The translations under genes were made by a program, and so were the position numbers. This document shows, one piece after another, positions 10,505 through 18,966 of a stretch of 64,000 nucleotides of DNA (position 1 is the stretch's first letter; every line of letters begins with the position of its first letter). Location: NCBI GenBank assembly GCA_039796475.1, contig JBDKJT010000058.1:3303-67302 (forward strand), in the 5' to 3' direction. A model generated the notes under the pieces. The model was not told the origin of the DNA, did not search any database, and worked only from the letters and a program-made list of their open reading frames with translations. The stretch is from Bacteroidota bacterium. GTDB taxonomy: Bacteria > Bacteroidota > Bacteroidia > Chitinophagales > Chitinophagaceae.

Positions 10505-13500
10505 TTACCCCAGCTCCTTACCAAGTTCAGTCTCTATTTTTTTGAGCGATATTGATAATGCTTTTGCTTTTGGTTGCTTAGTGCCAGCAATGGCTGTACG
10601 CAATAATTGCAGGTATTCGATACCATTATCAATTTTTACCCGGGCCCCCGTTTTTTTCCAATCTTTTTTTATGGCGGCTATAATGTCGGCCTCTTTAATG
10701 CTGCCTGCATGCAGGCATAGTTTTGCTAATAGTACATTGGCATGGTTTAATAAATCCCAAAATTCGTAATCTCTATCTGCATCGTTATCTGCCTCCAATG
10801 CTTTATCTAATAAGGCTTCAATTGTTTTTGCCGTTGGTAATTTGTATTTGTTTACCGATTGCTTGCCCCAGTTACTCTGAGGGTCATTTAGCACAAGCAA
10901 GCTTTCTAGTTGTATCCAGGTACAAAGTGGGTCTAGCAGCCCGCTATTATTTTTTCGGGCAATTTCGTAAGCAGCCCTGTATTCGGCTGCTGCTTTTTTA
11001 AGGGCATCTGTTTTGTCTGCAGGTTTAACACATTTAAGGAATAATATTTTGTATGCTGTGCCCAATAACAGGTGACGCTGGCAAGTGTCGCCTATCTTTA
11101 GTAAGTAGGCAAAATTGCTGATGATGGCTCTTACATCTTCTTCTGTTTTTTCGGGGGTATTACGAGTGGTTTTGATATTGAGGCTGCAAAGATTTTCTAG
11201 TACGCTCACTGTAAAGTCGGCTTCTTCAAATTTAAGCAATGCATTAATTTTATCAATCGCTGTATCCTGCTGGTTAAGGCCAATTAATATACGGGCTTCT
11301 ATTTCTGTTAGTGTACCATTGCGTATGGTGGCTTTATCAATTGCTTTACTAATTTGTTGTAATTCGGCGGCCATTTCGTCTTTTGTATACCTGCCAGATA
11401 ATACTTTGTTGTTAAGATTTACCAGGTCTATTTCAGCTTCCATGGGTATTACATAATTATAGGTTTTGTTTTTGTTACTCGTTTTAACGGTGAACTTGTA
11501 AAACTGGTCGCCATAGCATTGATAAGCGCCCCAGGTGTTGGTATGCGGATATTTTTCAAAACATTGGCTTCGGGCTTGTTGTACGGCTTCGCCAAAGCCT
11601 GCGCCATCAAACATTTCTTTATAAAATGTTTCAGAAAATAATAAGGCTGCATCATCATCTACCGCCCAGCCTGCAGCCACTACTGCTTTTACGCCCATTT
11701 CTATTAATTGTACTCCAATATTGGCGGCTAATTTATAATGCAGTTGTGCGTTGTTTTCTGCATCGCCATCTACCTTACCTAAAAAACAACAATTAATAAA
11801 TACAAACTCGGGCACCTGGCTCATTTGGTTTATTTCTTTGGCGGTAAGAAAAATATTATTGCCAATTACCATTCCTCCATTGTCGGATGCAGCATTGCCG
11901 CAGGGATCGTCTTTTTTAGCAGATTCAAAAAAACCATGCCCTGCCAGGTGAATAATTTTGTATTCAGTTTCAAACAATGCTTGCAGGGTTTGTGCAAAGG
12001 GGCCTTTTATTTTGGTGGTTACTTTATACTCGTAATTGCTAATGATTGCTGCCACCGTTTTAGCCTCCTGGGCTGCGCCGGGTAGCTGGCATACAAAGCC
12101 CTCTGTATCGGGGTCGCCAATTACAAGGGCATTATTGGCATACGATCTTTTTATTTGGGTGCGGTAATCGGCAGTGGCCAATTGCCTTATCATGCCGGCG
12201 CTTACACACAGCGGTTTAGATTGTGTGGCACTGTCTTGCAATAACTCCCAGGGAAAAGCAGCGGAGTGCTTATCAAGCCGCCATAGTATATTGTACTGGT
12301 TACGTACGGCATCTTTAAAATCATTGGGTATCAGTAATTCAAAAACAGTTTTTGCCAGCTGTGGCGACCAATGATCATTGCCCGATATTTCATCAATAAA
12401 ATGCTGAATGATTACGGGGTTGCTATTAAGATTTCGCACTTCTTCCCTTGCTGCACCGGTAGAGGCGCTAAATTTAAGATAATAGTTAGGTGCTGTTTCT
12501 ACATTTACCGATACCCGTTGCCACCAGTCTTGCTGGTAATCGAGCGGTACTCTTTTTCTGCTACCCGGCATGCGCCTTATTTTATTATTGGGTACCACAA
12601 TGTTTAGTTGCTGATCGGCTTCTAATTTTTTGAGTGTATAAAAAGCCTGCAGCGACCTGTCTTCGTATAGCTCAATCAATTCAATATGATCTATCTTTTT
12701 TAGCGAGGGATTGTTTAAACTAAGTATGCTTTCATTTGCTTTTTTTACACCAAGTATGATGGATTTTAGTGAGCTCTCAATGCTAAGGCCGCCATAGCCA
12801 CAACCAACCATGATAGCTGTAATACCTACGCCGCCGGGAAACAGGGCGGTATAGGCCTCTTGATGTTCGGCCTCAAATTCTCTTAATTCAAGCAGGTATT
12901 TGCTTACACCTTGCGTTACGCTTAGCTCTAGCTGGTAGCCATTAAGTTCTCCCAATTCGCCCAGGCCTACAATGATGCCGCCATGTGGGGTTACGTAGGC
13001 AGATAAAAATATTTCGCTGGTACCCACCCGGCCGGGATATAGGCCTAAGGCATGTTTTTCTCTTAGCATGCCGTTAAAGCAGGTATCCAGCACTTTTTCG
13101 GCACTCATTATGCCATCTTTATAAAAATGACCTGCCAGCACCGGATACATGGCTGTACCCAAATCGCCATTGGTAATGCTTAGTTTTAAAGGGCTGGCAG
13201 TTTCTACTACCTGCTCTGTATGTTTAACACCCAGTATTATTTTTTCGATATTGCCTGCATCTACTGGCACTAAATCGTACCGGGGATTATCAAAAAGCTG
13301 GCTGCCACTGCGGCTGGCTGGCGGTGTTTTACTAAGCTGGCTGGTGGTGCCGGTTTGTAATAGCTCAGTAATGGCGCCAAAGCAATCGGGGTTGTTGGCA
13401 AGCTCGCCATGTTCGGTAGTGCAGTAATACACTGCATTGCGCTGTACCAGTTGGATGGGTATGCCGCTTGCCCAGGTAACACTGCCATCACCCTCAGCCG

Positions 13501-15814
13501 TACTTTTAAATACCAGGCTATTATCCCTGCCGGCAGCATCTATTTGGTAAGTAGCTGTAGTGGCATCTGATTTACCCGCTATGTAAATAATGTTTCGATA
13601 ATCGAGTTTGTCTTTATTGGCTAATACCTTATCTCTAAATTGGGCAAAGCCGCTTAGTATGCCGGCTGCTGGCATGCTGCCAATATTTTTTGAGTTATCA
13701 AAAATATCCTGCCAAGTTTTGGCTTTAGAAAAATCATGCGGTTTGTCTTGCAGCGGCAGTAAGTTGTACATGCCAGGATATTGTGAAAATATTTTAAGCA
13801 GTGCTTTTTTATCATGTTTAAGATCTATCATGCTTAGTTTGCTAATATTACCTCCCCGGCCGCTTAGGGCTTCTGGTATAAGGTATGAGCCACCAAGCGG
13901 TGCACCTAAAAAAACGGCTTTAAAACCAGTGCTGTTGTTAAGTGTATCCCAATGCTTGCCGGTTATCATAAACTGCCTGAAGAGTACGCCGCCCATGCTA
14001 TGTGCAATTACATGGATGGGTTGTTTTTTATCCAGCAAAAATTTAATACAGTCGTCAAGCAATTGGGCTGCCTCATCCAATGATTTGCGCCAGTCGTAAG
14101 CAAATGTTACCACATCGTATTGCTTTGATAAATGCACCGCCAGCTTACGGTAACCACTACCCATTAATGAGGGGGCGGTAATATCCGGTGCATCAATATC
14201 CAGTTGGGTAAGTTCGCCTTTTACAAAACTCCAAAAGTCTACCCAAATTTTATTATCTAACCGGTACAGGTTAGAGCCCATAATGCCGGGCATTATAATG
14301 GCTATTGGTTTTTTGCCACTTACTTTATCTGCGGTTAATCTTACTTCGGGTGTAATAAATGGCAATGCTGCATTGCGGTTGGCATCAGCCAAATCGGCTT
14401 CTTGCAGTGTTTTAAATCCGGGTATGCTATCGCCTTCGGCTTTAAGGGCACGGGTAATGGCTTCCTGCGAATCTTTACTTCTAAAATAATGTATGTGATC
14501 GGCCGCCTTGGAGTCGTCCATAAAAAAGCAGGTATCTTTTTTTCGACGGGTACCAAAATACATCGACCAGGTGTCTACCACCATATCGTTTTTGCGCCTA
14601 AAGTATAGTTTGGTTAAAATTACCAGCAGGGCTTTTAGCTCTGCATGTATGCGGCAATTACCACTTAGTACGGTAAGGGGGCTATCAATGATGTTGGCAG
14701 GGTTATTCAGCATTTTAATAAATACCGAGTCGGGCACCATTGCTTCTACCCCTGGCAACACTTCTACCTTTGCTTTGGTGGCTGCTGCTTCGGCCAGTAG
14801 TTTTTTTAAGCCGATATAAATTGGGTTGCTGGCAGCACCTGTACTAATGCCAATAAAGTTTAGCAGGGTGTTAAGGTAATGATCCAACCTGTCGGAAAGC
14901 AGCGATGTGCCCATAGAGGGGCTGGCCACCCGTATAAATTTTTGTACGGTTATTTGTTTTTGTTTGGCCGTGCTATTGATAGCCTGCATAGCAATATTGT
15001 GTGCAGTGCCATCAGCATATAATTCAAGCTCTTCGTCTGTAAAACCAATGCAGTTATTGCTGGCATTACAGCGTGCAATAATATCGCCTACTAATCCGCC
15101 GCGGCTGTGCGATATAAGGTGAAGGCTGCTTTTTTCTGGCAAAAGTTTTAGCAGTTCCAGTGCATTATCTAATGGAGATATGGTAAGGGTTTTGTGATCA
15201 AAAGCCAGTATGTTATCGCCGTAGGCAGCGGTTATATGGTTCCATAAACCAAATTGCCTGAAATCTGCCAGATCGCCAAAAGCGCCTTCGGTATTGGAGT
15301 TGGTGCCATGTATTAACAATAAAAAGGGCTTACCGTTGGTAGTAAGGTTTGTTGCTGTTCTTTTTCTAAATACACTATCAACCAGGTAAAGGCCGGGTTG
15401 TGGTTGTACTTTGTCTTCCAGCTTTTGGGCAATCTCTTTTATAGTAGCATTTACAATAGTGCTGGTTTTTTTTCTGAAGAATGAGAATAAGTTGATGGCG
15501 AGGTCTTGTAAAATATTTCGGCCGGTAGTGCTTTGTAACGATGTGGGCACTTCAAAGCCATCCTCATCCATGGCCCTTTTAGTGTCTATATTAAATATTT
15601 CCTGAAACTCTGTGGCATTGCCCATCCATGTGCTGCTGTCTTCAAAATGTATCTCTACAATATCATTTTCGTTGTGTACTTCAATTTCTTGCCGGGTGGC
15701 CTGGCTACGGGTTTTGGAGATGACTACTGATTTTACTAATTCAAAATCGTCCAATTCTGTTGCGGATGGGGCAGATTGGGTTACAGTTCCGTTTACAATA
15801 AGTTTACGAAGCAT
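10505..15814 (-). CDS. giant multidomain protein: two lipase-type alpha/beta hydrolase domains + unassigned module + CHAT (caspase-like) protease domain + helical-repeat tail
   Basis: Uninterrupted 1769-aa ORF with no signal peptide and no T9SS CTD. Hydrolase 1 spans aa ~163-445 (FLLLIHGT; ISHSRGG S237; NDMVVD D410; ADHIHYF H440/H442). Hydrolase 2, LCAT/PGAP1-like, spans aa ~502-805 (IIMPGIMGS; FAYDWR; IAHSMGG S606; EGDGSV D776; TEHGEL H802). The CHAT domain spans aa ~1150-1440 (FELLIPNDF; IIHLAGHG H1293; FVFINCCFLG C1342/C1343; AAGWAVDD). Residues aa ~1450-1769 are helical repeats. Confidence 0.85.
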   Translation of the reverse strand: MLRKLIVNGTVTQSAPSATELDDFELVKSVVISKTRSQATRQEIEVHNENDIVEIHFEDSSTWMGNATEFQEIFNIDTKRAMDEDGFEVPTSLQSTTGRNILQDLAINLFSFFRKKTSTIVNATIKEIAQKLEDKVQPQPGLYLVDSVFRKRTATNLTTNGKPFLLLIHGTNSNTEGAFGDLADFRQFGLWNHITAAYGDNILAFDHKTLTISPLDNALELLKLLPEKSSLHLISHSRGGLVGDIIARCNASNNCIGFTDEELELYADGTAHNIAMQAINSTAKQKQITVQKFIRVASPSMGTSLLSDRLDHYLNTLLNFIGISTGAASNPIYIGLKKLLAEAAATKAKVEVLPGVEAMVPDSVFIKMLNNPANIIDSPLTVLSGNCRIHAELKALLVILTKLYFRRKNDMVVDTWSMYFGTRRKKDTCFFMDDSKAADHIHYFRSKDSQEAITRALKAEGDSIPGFKTLQEADLADANRNAALPFITPEVRLTADKVSGKKPIAIIMPGIMGSNLYRLDNKIWVDFWSFVKGELTQLDIDAPDITAPSLMGSGYRKLAVHLSKQYDVVTFAYDWRKSLDEAAQLLDDCIKFLLDKKQPIHVIAHSMGGVLFRQFMITGKHWDTLNNSTGFKAVFLGAPLGGSYLIPEALSGRGGNISKLSMIDLKHDKKALLKIFSQYPGMYNLLPLQDKPHDFSKAKTWQDIFDNSKNIGSMPAAGILSGFAQFRDKVLANKDKLDYRNIIYIAGKSDATTATYQIDAAGRDNSLVFKSTAEGDGSVTWASGIPIQLVQRNAVYYCTTEHGELANNPDCFGAITELLQTGTTSQLSKTPPASRSGSQLFDNPRYDLVPVDAGNIEKIILGVKHTEQVVETASPLKLSITNGDLGTAMYPVLAGHFYKDGIMSAEKVLDTCFNGMLREKHALGLYPGRVGTSEIFLSAYVTPHGGIIVGLGELGELNGYQLELSVTQGVSKYLLELREFEAEHQEAYTALFPGGVGITAIMVGCGYGGLSIESSLKSIILGVKKANESILSLNNPSLKKIDHIELIELYEDRSLQAFYTLKKLEADQQLNIVVPNNKIRRMPGSRKRVPLDYQQDWWQRVSVNVETAPNYYLKFSASTGAAREEVRNLNSNPVIIQHFIDEISGNDHWSPQLAKTVFELLIPNDFKDAVRNQYNILWRLDKHSAAFPWELLQDSATQSKPLCVSAGMIRQLATADYRTQIKRSYANNALVIGDPDTEGFVCQLPGAAQEAKTVAAIISNYEYKVTTKIKGPFAQTLQALFETEYKIIHLAGHGFFESAKKDDPCGNAASDNGGMVIGNNIFLTAKEINQMSQVPEFVFINCCFLGKVDGDAENNAQLHYKLAANIGVQLIEMGVKAVVAAGWAVDDDAALLFSETFYKEMFDGAGFGEAVQQARSQCFEKYPHTNTWGAYQCYGDQFYKFTVKTSNKNKTYNYVIPMEAEIDLVNLNNKVLSGRYTKDEMAAELQQISKAIDKATIRNGTLTEIEARILIGLNQQDTAIDKINALLKFEEADFTVSVLENLCSLNIKTTRNTPEKTEEDVRAIISNFAYLLKIGDTCQRHLLLGTAYKILFLKCVKPADKTDALKKAAAEYRAAYEIARKNNSGLLDPLCTWIQLESLLVLNDPQSNWGKQSVNKYKLPTAKTIEALLDKALEADNDADRDYEFWDLLNHANVLLAKLCLHAGSIKEADIIAAIKKDWKKTGARVKIDNGIEYLQLLRTAIAGTKQPKAKALSISLKKIETELGKELG

Positions 15815-15979
15815 AGTGTTGTTTTATTTGAGGTTACTTTGTGGGCGGAGGTAAACAACACCAGGGTGTGGATGACAATCAGCAGAAAATTAAGCTATTT
15901 ATTTTATTTGTCATAGTCTAAATCACTATTTCTCAATATAATGGATAGGATGCAGGCAATGGATAGTAACAGTAAGGGC

Positions 15980-16047
15980 AAAAAAAGAAACCATCAAGTT
16001 TTGTTTATATCCAGTTTGCACTGTTTACTTACTAACCCGATGGTTTC
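15980..16047 (-). terminator. long-loop hairpin plus T7 run downstream of the DUF1330 gene (minus strand)
   Basis: GAAACCATC (15987-15995) pairs with GATGGTTTC (16039-16047), a 9-bp stem around a 43-nt loop. Seven A follow on the plus strand (15980-15986), which is T7 on the minus strand. This would separate the DUF1330 transcript from the giant ORF. Confidence 0.4.
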
Positions 16048-16221
16048 GTGGTTACATTTTATCTTTTTATGGATTACTTGTAACCTTCAGAAAACTTACT
16101 TTTTGTTTCCAAAAATTTCGTCTTCATTATTGTTCTATAAAGGTATACAGGTGGCAAGCTGGTTGCAAGTTTTTTGCTGTGTTGTTTTGCACCCCTTTAG
16201 CACATAGTTATGCACAACCTG

Positions 16222-16515
16222 CTATACCGAATAACCCTCTACCAGCAACATATTGGTGTGGGCAGCGCTTTGGCGGATGGCTTTTGCCGTTGCATATGCT
16301 TCGCTAGCCCACCAGGCTTTGGCTTTATCGGTGTCATCAAATTCAAGTACCACCATTCTTCCTGGCTGCCAATTACCTTCCAGTATTTCTGTGCATCCAC
16401 CCCTTACAATAAATTTACCGCCATAAGCAGCTATTGAAGCAGGGGTAAGCTGCTTGTATTGTTCATACGCAGCGGTATCCAATACGCTTACATCTACAAT
16501 TATATACGCTGGCAT
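16222..16515 (-). CDS. DUF1330 domain-containing protein
   Basis: 97 aa: MPAYIIVDVSVLDTAAYEQYKQL...GGKFIVRGG...VVLEFDDTDKAKAWWASEAY. This is the typical DUF1330 (dimeric alpha-beta barrel) pattern. Confidence 0.8.
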   Translation of the reverse strand: MPAYIIVDVSVLDTAAYEQYKQLTPASIAAYGGKFIVRGGCTEILEGNWQPGRMVVLEFDDTDKAKAWWASEAYATAKAIRQSAAHTNMLLVEGYSV

Positions 16516-16525
16516 ATCAATAGGT

Positions 16526-16894
16526 TTATTTTATCAGCCTGAAATTGATAGGGTATCGGTATAGTTTACCTTCGCTTGCTTTAATGGTTGCAACAATTAC
16601 CAATACCAGGTTGGCTATAGATAGCAGCCATATTAATAAAATGCCTACCAATATAAAAATGAGGATGGCTGATACGATGTAAAGAATAAACAAGGTAATT
16701 TGAAAATTGAGTGATTCTTTGGCATGCTCTTTTACAAAATACGACTCATCTTTTTTTAGCAGGTATATCACAAGCGGGGCAATAAAGCTAGAAATGATGG
16801 TAAGTATATGTGCCAGTATTGCCAATGTTTTTTCATCGGGTGTAGGGTTGGAGCCTGGCGTAATTTCGTCGCCCAATAAATTTTGTGTATCCAT
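16526..16894 (-). CDS. DUF4870 family membrane protein
   Basis: 122 aa: DEKTLAILAHILTIISSFIAPLVIYLLKKDESYFVKEHAKESLNFQITL..., the typical DUF4870 signature with TM helices. Confidence 0.75.
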   Translation of the reverse strand: MDTQNLLGDEITPGSNPTPDEKTLAILAHILTIISSFIAPLVIYLLKKDESYFVKEHAKESLNFQITLFILYIVSAILIFILVGILLIWLLSIANLVLVIVATIKASEGKLYRYPINFRLIK

Positions 16895-17012
16895 ATCAAT
16901 AAAGTTTAGGTGATAGGTTGAAGATAAAAATTATTTTCTATATCTCTTTTTACAAAAAGGAATGGCAGGTATCAAATACCTGCCATTCCTTTTATCGTTG
17001 GGGTAAGTTTTA

Positions 17013-17606
17013 TTAACGGGCGTATATGCCGTTGGGCGATACTACACTGGCGGGGCCGCCGGTAATACCAACCGGTGGAATATAAAGGGGGATGGATTGT
17101 CCGTTTACGGCAAGGGTAACCTTTTTTGCATGCAGCTCTACTCCTTGTTGGTAAAAAGGCGGCATTGCTGCAGGTGGCCTGTTAATAAGGTATGGTTCAC
17201 TAAAATCTGTCATTTCTACTTTAAAAATATATCCGTTTACCTCACAAGTTGCAATAGCTATGCTGGTATTAATAAATATGCTGATTGCGGCTGTAAATAC
17301 CGGGGCATGCTCAAAAGGTGTGCCTGCAAAAATATTGGGTCCAAAATATTTTGCTGTTGCTTCATCTGTGCTTACAAAACCCATTACAAGTGGTGCTAAC
17401 TGTGGGTTAGGCTGCCACAAAATCATGCCGCTGGCGGCACTGCCTGCCGGCGTGTGTACCATGCGGCCTAAATGTATAATAATATTGGGGGCTTGCAGGC
17501 CGGGGCTGGTGGCAGCTACTAAATCAATGCCTCCCTCCCAGCTCATCCATTTTAAAACATTACTCATGCTGATATCATTTATTAGGTGTGATAGTGAAAG
17601 TAACAC
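17013..17606 (-). CDS. hypothetical protein (no recognisable family)
   Basis: 197-aa ORF with no TM helix and no signal peptide. The alternative start MSNVLKW at 17567 is possible. It occupies the space where the 5' part of the adjacent YpdA-like remnant should be. Confidence 0.5.
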   Translation of the reverse strand: MLLSLSHLINDISMSNVLKWMSWEGGIDLVAATSPGLQAPNIIIHLGRMVHTPAGSAASGMILWQPNPQLAPLVMGFVSTDEATAKYFGPNIFAGTPFEHAPVFTAAISIFINTSIAIATCEVNGYIFKVEMTDFSEPYLINRPPAAMPPFYQQGVELHAKKVTLAVNGQSIPLYIPPVGITGGPASVVSPNGIYAR

Positions 17607-17645
17607 GGTTATTTTTTTTACAAATACCGTTGATAGGGTATTTAA

Positions 17646-17921
17646 GGTAAGTACTGTACTTGTACCATACCCAACGATTTTGTAATTGCGGCTACAGGTT
17701 ATCAGCCCAACTTACAGTTTTTGCAGCAACTCGGTATTCTGTTTCAGGATACACAAAATATAACACCCCAATACAATAGTGCAACACATGAAACAAATGT
17801 GCCGGGTATATACCTGGCCGGTGTTATCTGCGGCGGGATGGATACCCACAGTTTATTTATCGAAAACTCAAGGGAGCATGCGGTAAAAATAATGCAGCAT
17901 ATTATTGATAAAAATGGATAA
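17646..17921 (+). pseudogene. 5'-truncated remnant of a YpdA-family FAD/NAD(P)-dependent disulfide oxidoreductase (C-terminal ~90 codons only)
   Basis: The frame is open from 17646 and reads ...DFVIAATGYQPNLQFLQQLGI...ETNVPGIYLAGVICGGMDTHSLFIENSREHAVKIMQHIIDKNG. ATGY and the G-x-x-x-AG-D-like motif are C-terminal hallmarks of a ~325-aa family. There is no upstream Rossmann part and no ATG; the track start at 17721 is a TTG. Confidence 0.65.
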
Positions 17922-17958
17922 CAATTATAGCAATGTTGCTGTCATTCTTCACAAAAGA

Positions 17959-17983
17959 ATGAGCCCACAAAATGTGGGCTCAT
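17959..17983. terminator. perfect 11-bp hairpin between convergent genes
   Basis: ATGAGCCCACA-aaa-TGTGGGCTCAT. On the minus strand it is followed by TCTTTTGT. It lies between the remnant (ends 17921) and the minus-strand lyase-like gene (ends 18031). Confidence 0.55.
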
Positions 17984-18030
17984 CGTGAGATATTGGATTT
18001 TATCGCCAGTATATAAAGGCAATAATTTTT

Positions 18031-18966
18031 TTATAGCCCAGGTGCTACATCATTATAGGTGGCCGCTGCATTGCCAATTCTTACATCATCTATATACACC
18101 ACTCTTTTGGTAGTGCTGGAGGTAAATGTACCCGACTTCCAGGCCCATTTGTAAATGCCGGCTTTCATATAAGCGCCATAGGTAAGGCCACTGTAAATAT
18201 TTTTACCTGTTTTACTAAATACTTTTACACCACCTTTCCAAATTTCTATCAAGCCATCAGCACCTGCCGACCATTTGATGTGAAATACAAAATCGGTCCA
18301 CTTATTTCTTTCATAATTGCCAATAACGGTGCTGGTGGTACCAAATTGTACAATCTTCCATTGGCCTTTATGCGTCCACAAAGCCAGCGGTGGATTGCCG
18401 CCCACTGTTGTATGCCACTGGGTTAAAATTTCCGGAGCATTATCACTTACAAACTCACTGGGCAAATAATAGCTGCTGCCATACCACCGCTCTACATAAG
18501 GTATTTTTTCGTCCCTTGAAAAACGGTTGCTTTCAGTTCTTTTGCTGCTGGCCACATCAGCATCTGTTTTATTTAACTCATACCGGGTAGCATAACTGCC
18601 TGATCTTGAGTAGGCTGTTGAACGCTGTATTGAATGCGTACAGCATTTAGCCAGTGTGTTCCAATAACTGGTTGAGTAAGCAGTTAAAGCAGTTAAAGAA
18701 TTGGATAATTCAGTGGTGTAATTAAACAACAGATTTTTTCTTACATACGCTGCTTCTGGCATTGCTGTATTACCGGCAATACCTGTTTCATTAAATGTGT
18801 TTAACACAGTGTCAATCGATAAAACATCATCCTGCGGAAGACTTAATTCATCCGCTTGTTCCAACTGGATAAAAGCAGCGTCATTTTTTTTACAACTAAT
18901 CATTGTTGTTGCCATTACACAACAGAGCATAGCAATGCCACATAGTACTGATCTACGATTTTTCAT
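18031..18966 (-). CDS. polysaccharide-lyase-like (heparin lyase I / PF14099-type concanavalin fold) lipoprotein
   Basis: The start is moved to MKNRRSVLCGIAMLCCVMATTMISC (lipobox). The C-terminal half reads ...TQWHTTVGGNPPLALW...WTDFVFHIKWS...GLIEIWKGGVKV...AYMKAGIYKW...VYIDDVRIG, which resembles the polysaccharide lyase PF14099 pattern. Confidence 0.55.
   Translation of the reverse strand: MKNRRSVLCGIAMLCCVMATTMISCKKNDAAFIQLEQADELSLPQDDVLSIDTVLNTFNETGIAGNTAMPEAAYVRKNLLFNYTTELSNSLTALTAYSTSYWNTLAKCCTHSIQRSTAYSRSGSYATRYELNKTDADVASSKRTESNRFSRDEKIPYVERWYGSSYYLPSEFVSDNAPEILTQWHTTVGGNPPLALWTHKGQWKIVQFGTTSTVIGNYERNKWTDFVFHIKWSAGADGLIEIWKGGVKVFSKTGKNIYSGLTYGAYMKAGIYKWAWKSGTFTSSTTKRVVYIDDVRIGNAAATYNDVAPGL

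Noticed and set aside
13608-14099. 163-aa plus-strand ORF inside the giant gene. Similar long antisense ORFs occur at 6173-6607, 33095-33511, 46378-46647, 49195-49623 and 60594-61106.
   Set aside because: All lie antisense to strongly supported genes and have low-complexity or Cys/Leu/Ser-rich translations with no recognisable motifs. They are typical shadow ORFs.
15941-16207. 88-aa ORF in the spacer upstream of the giant gene.
   Set aside because: The translation is hydrophobic and aromatic-rich nonsense with no family resemblance. The region is better explained as promoter or terminator space, with a hairpin and T7 run at 15980-16047.
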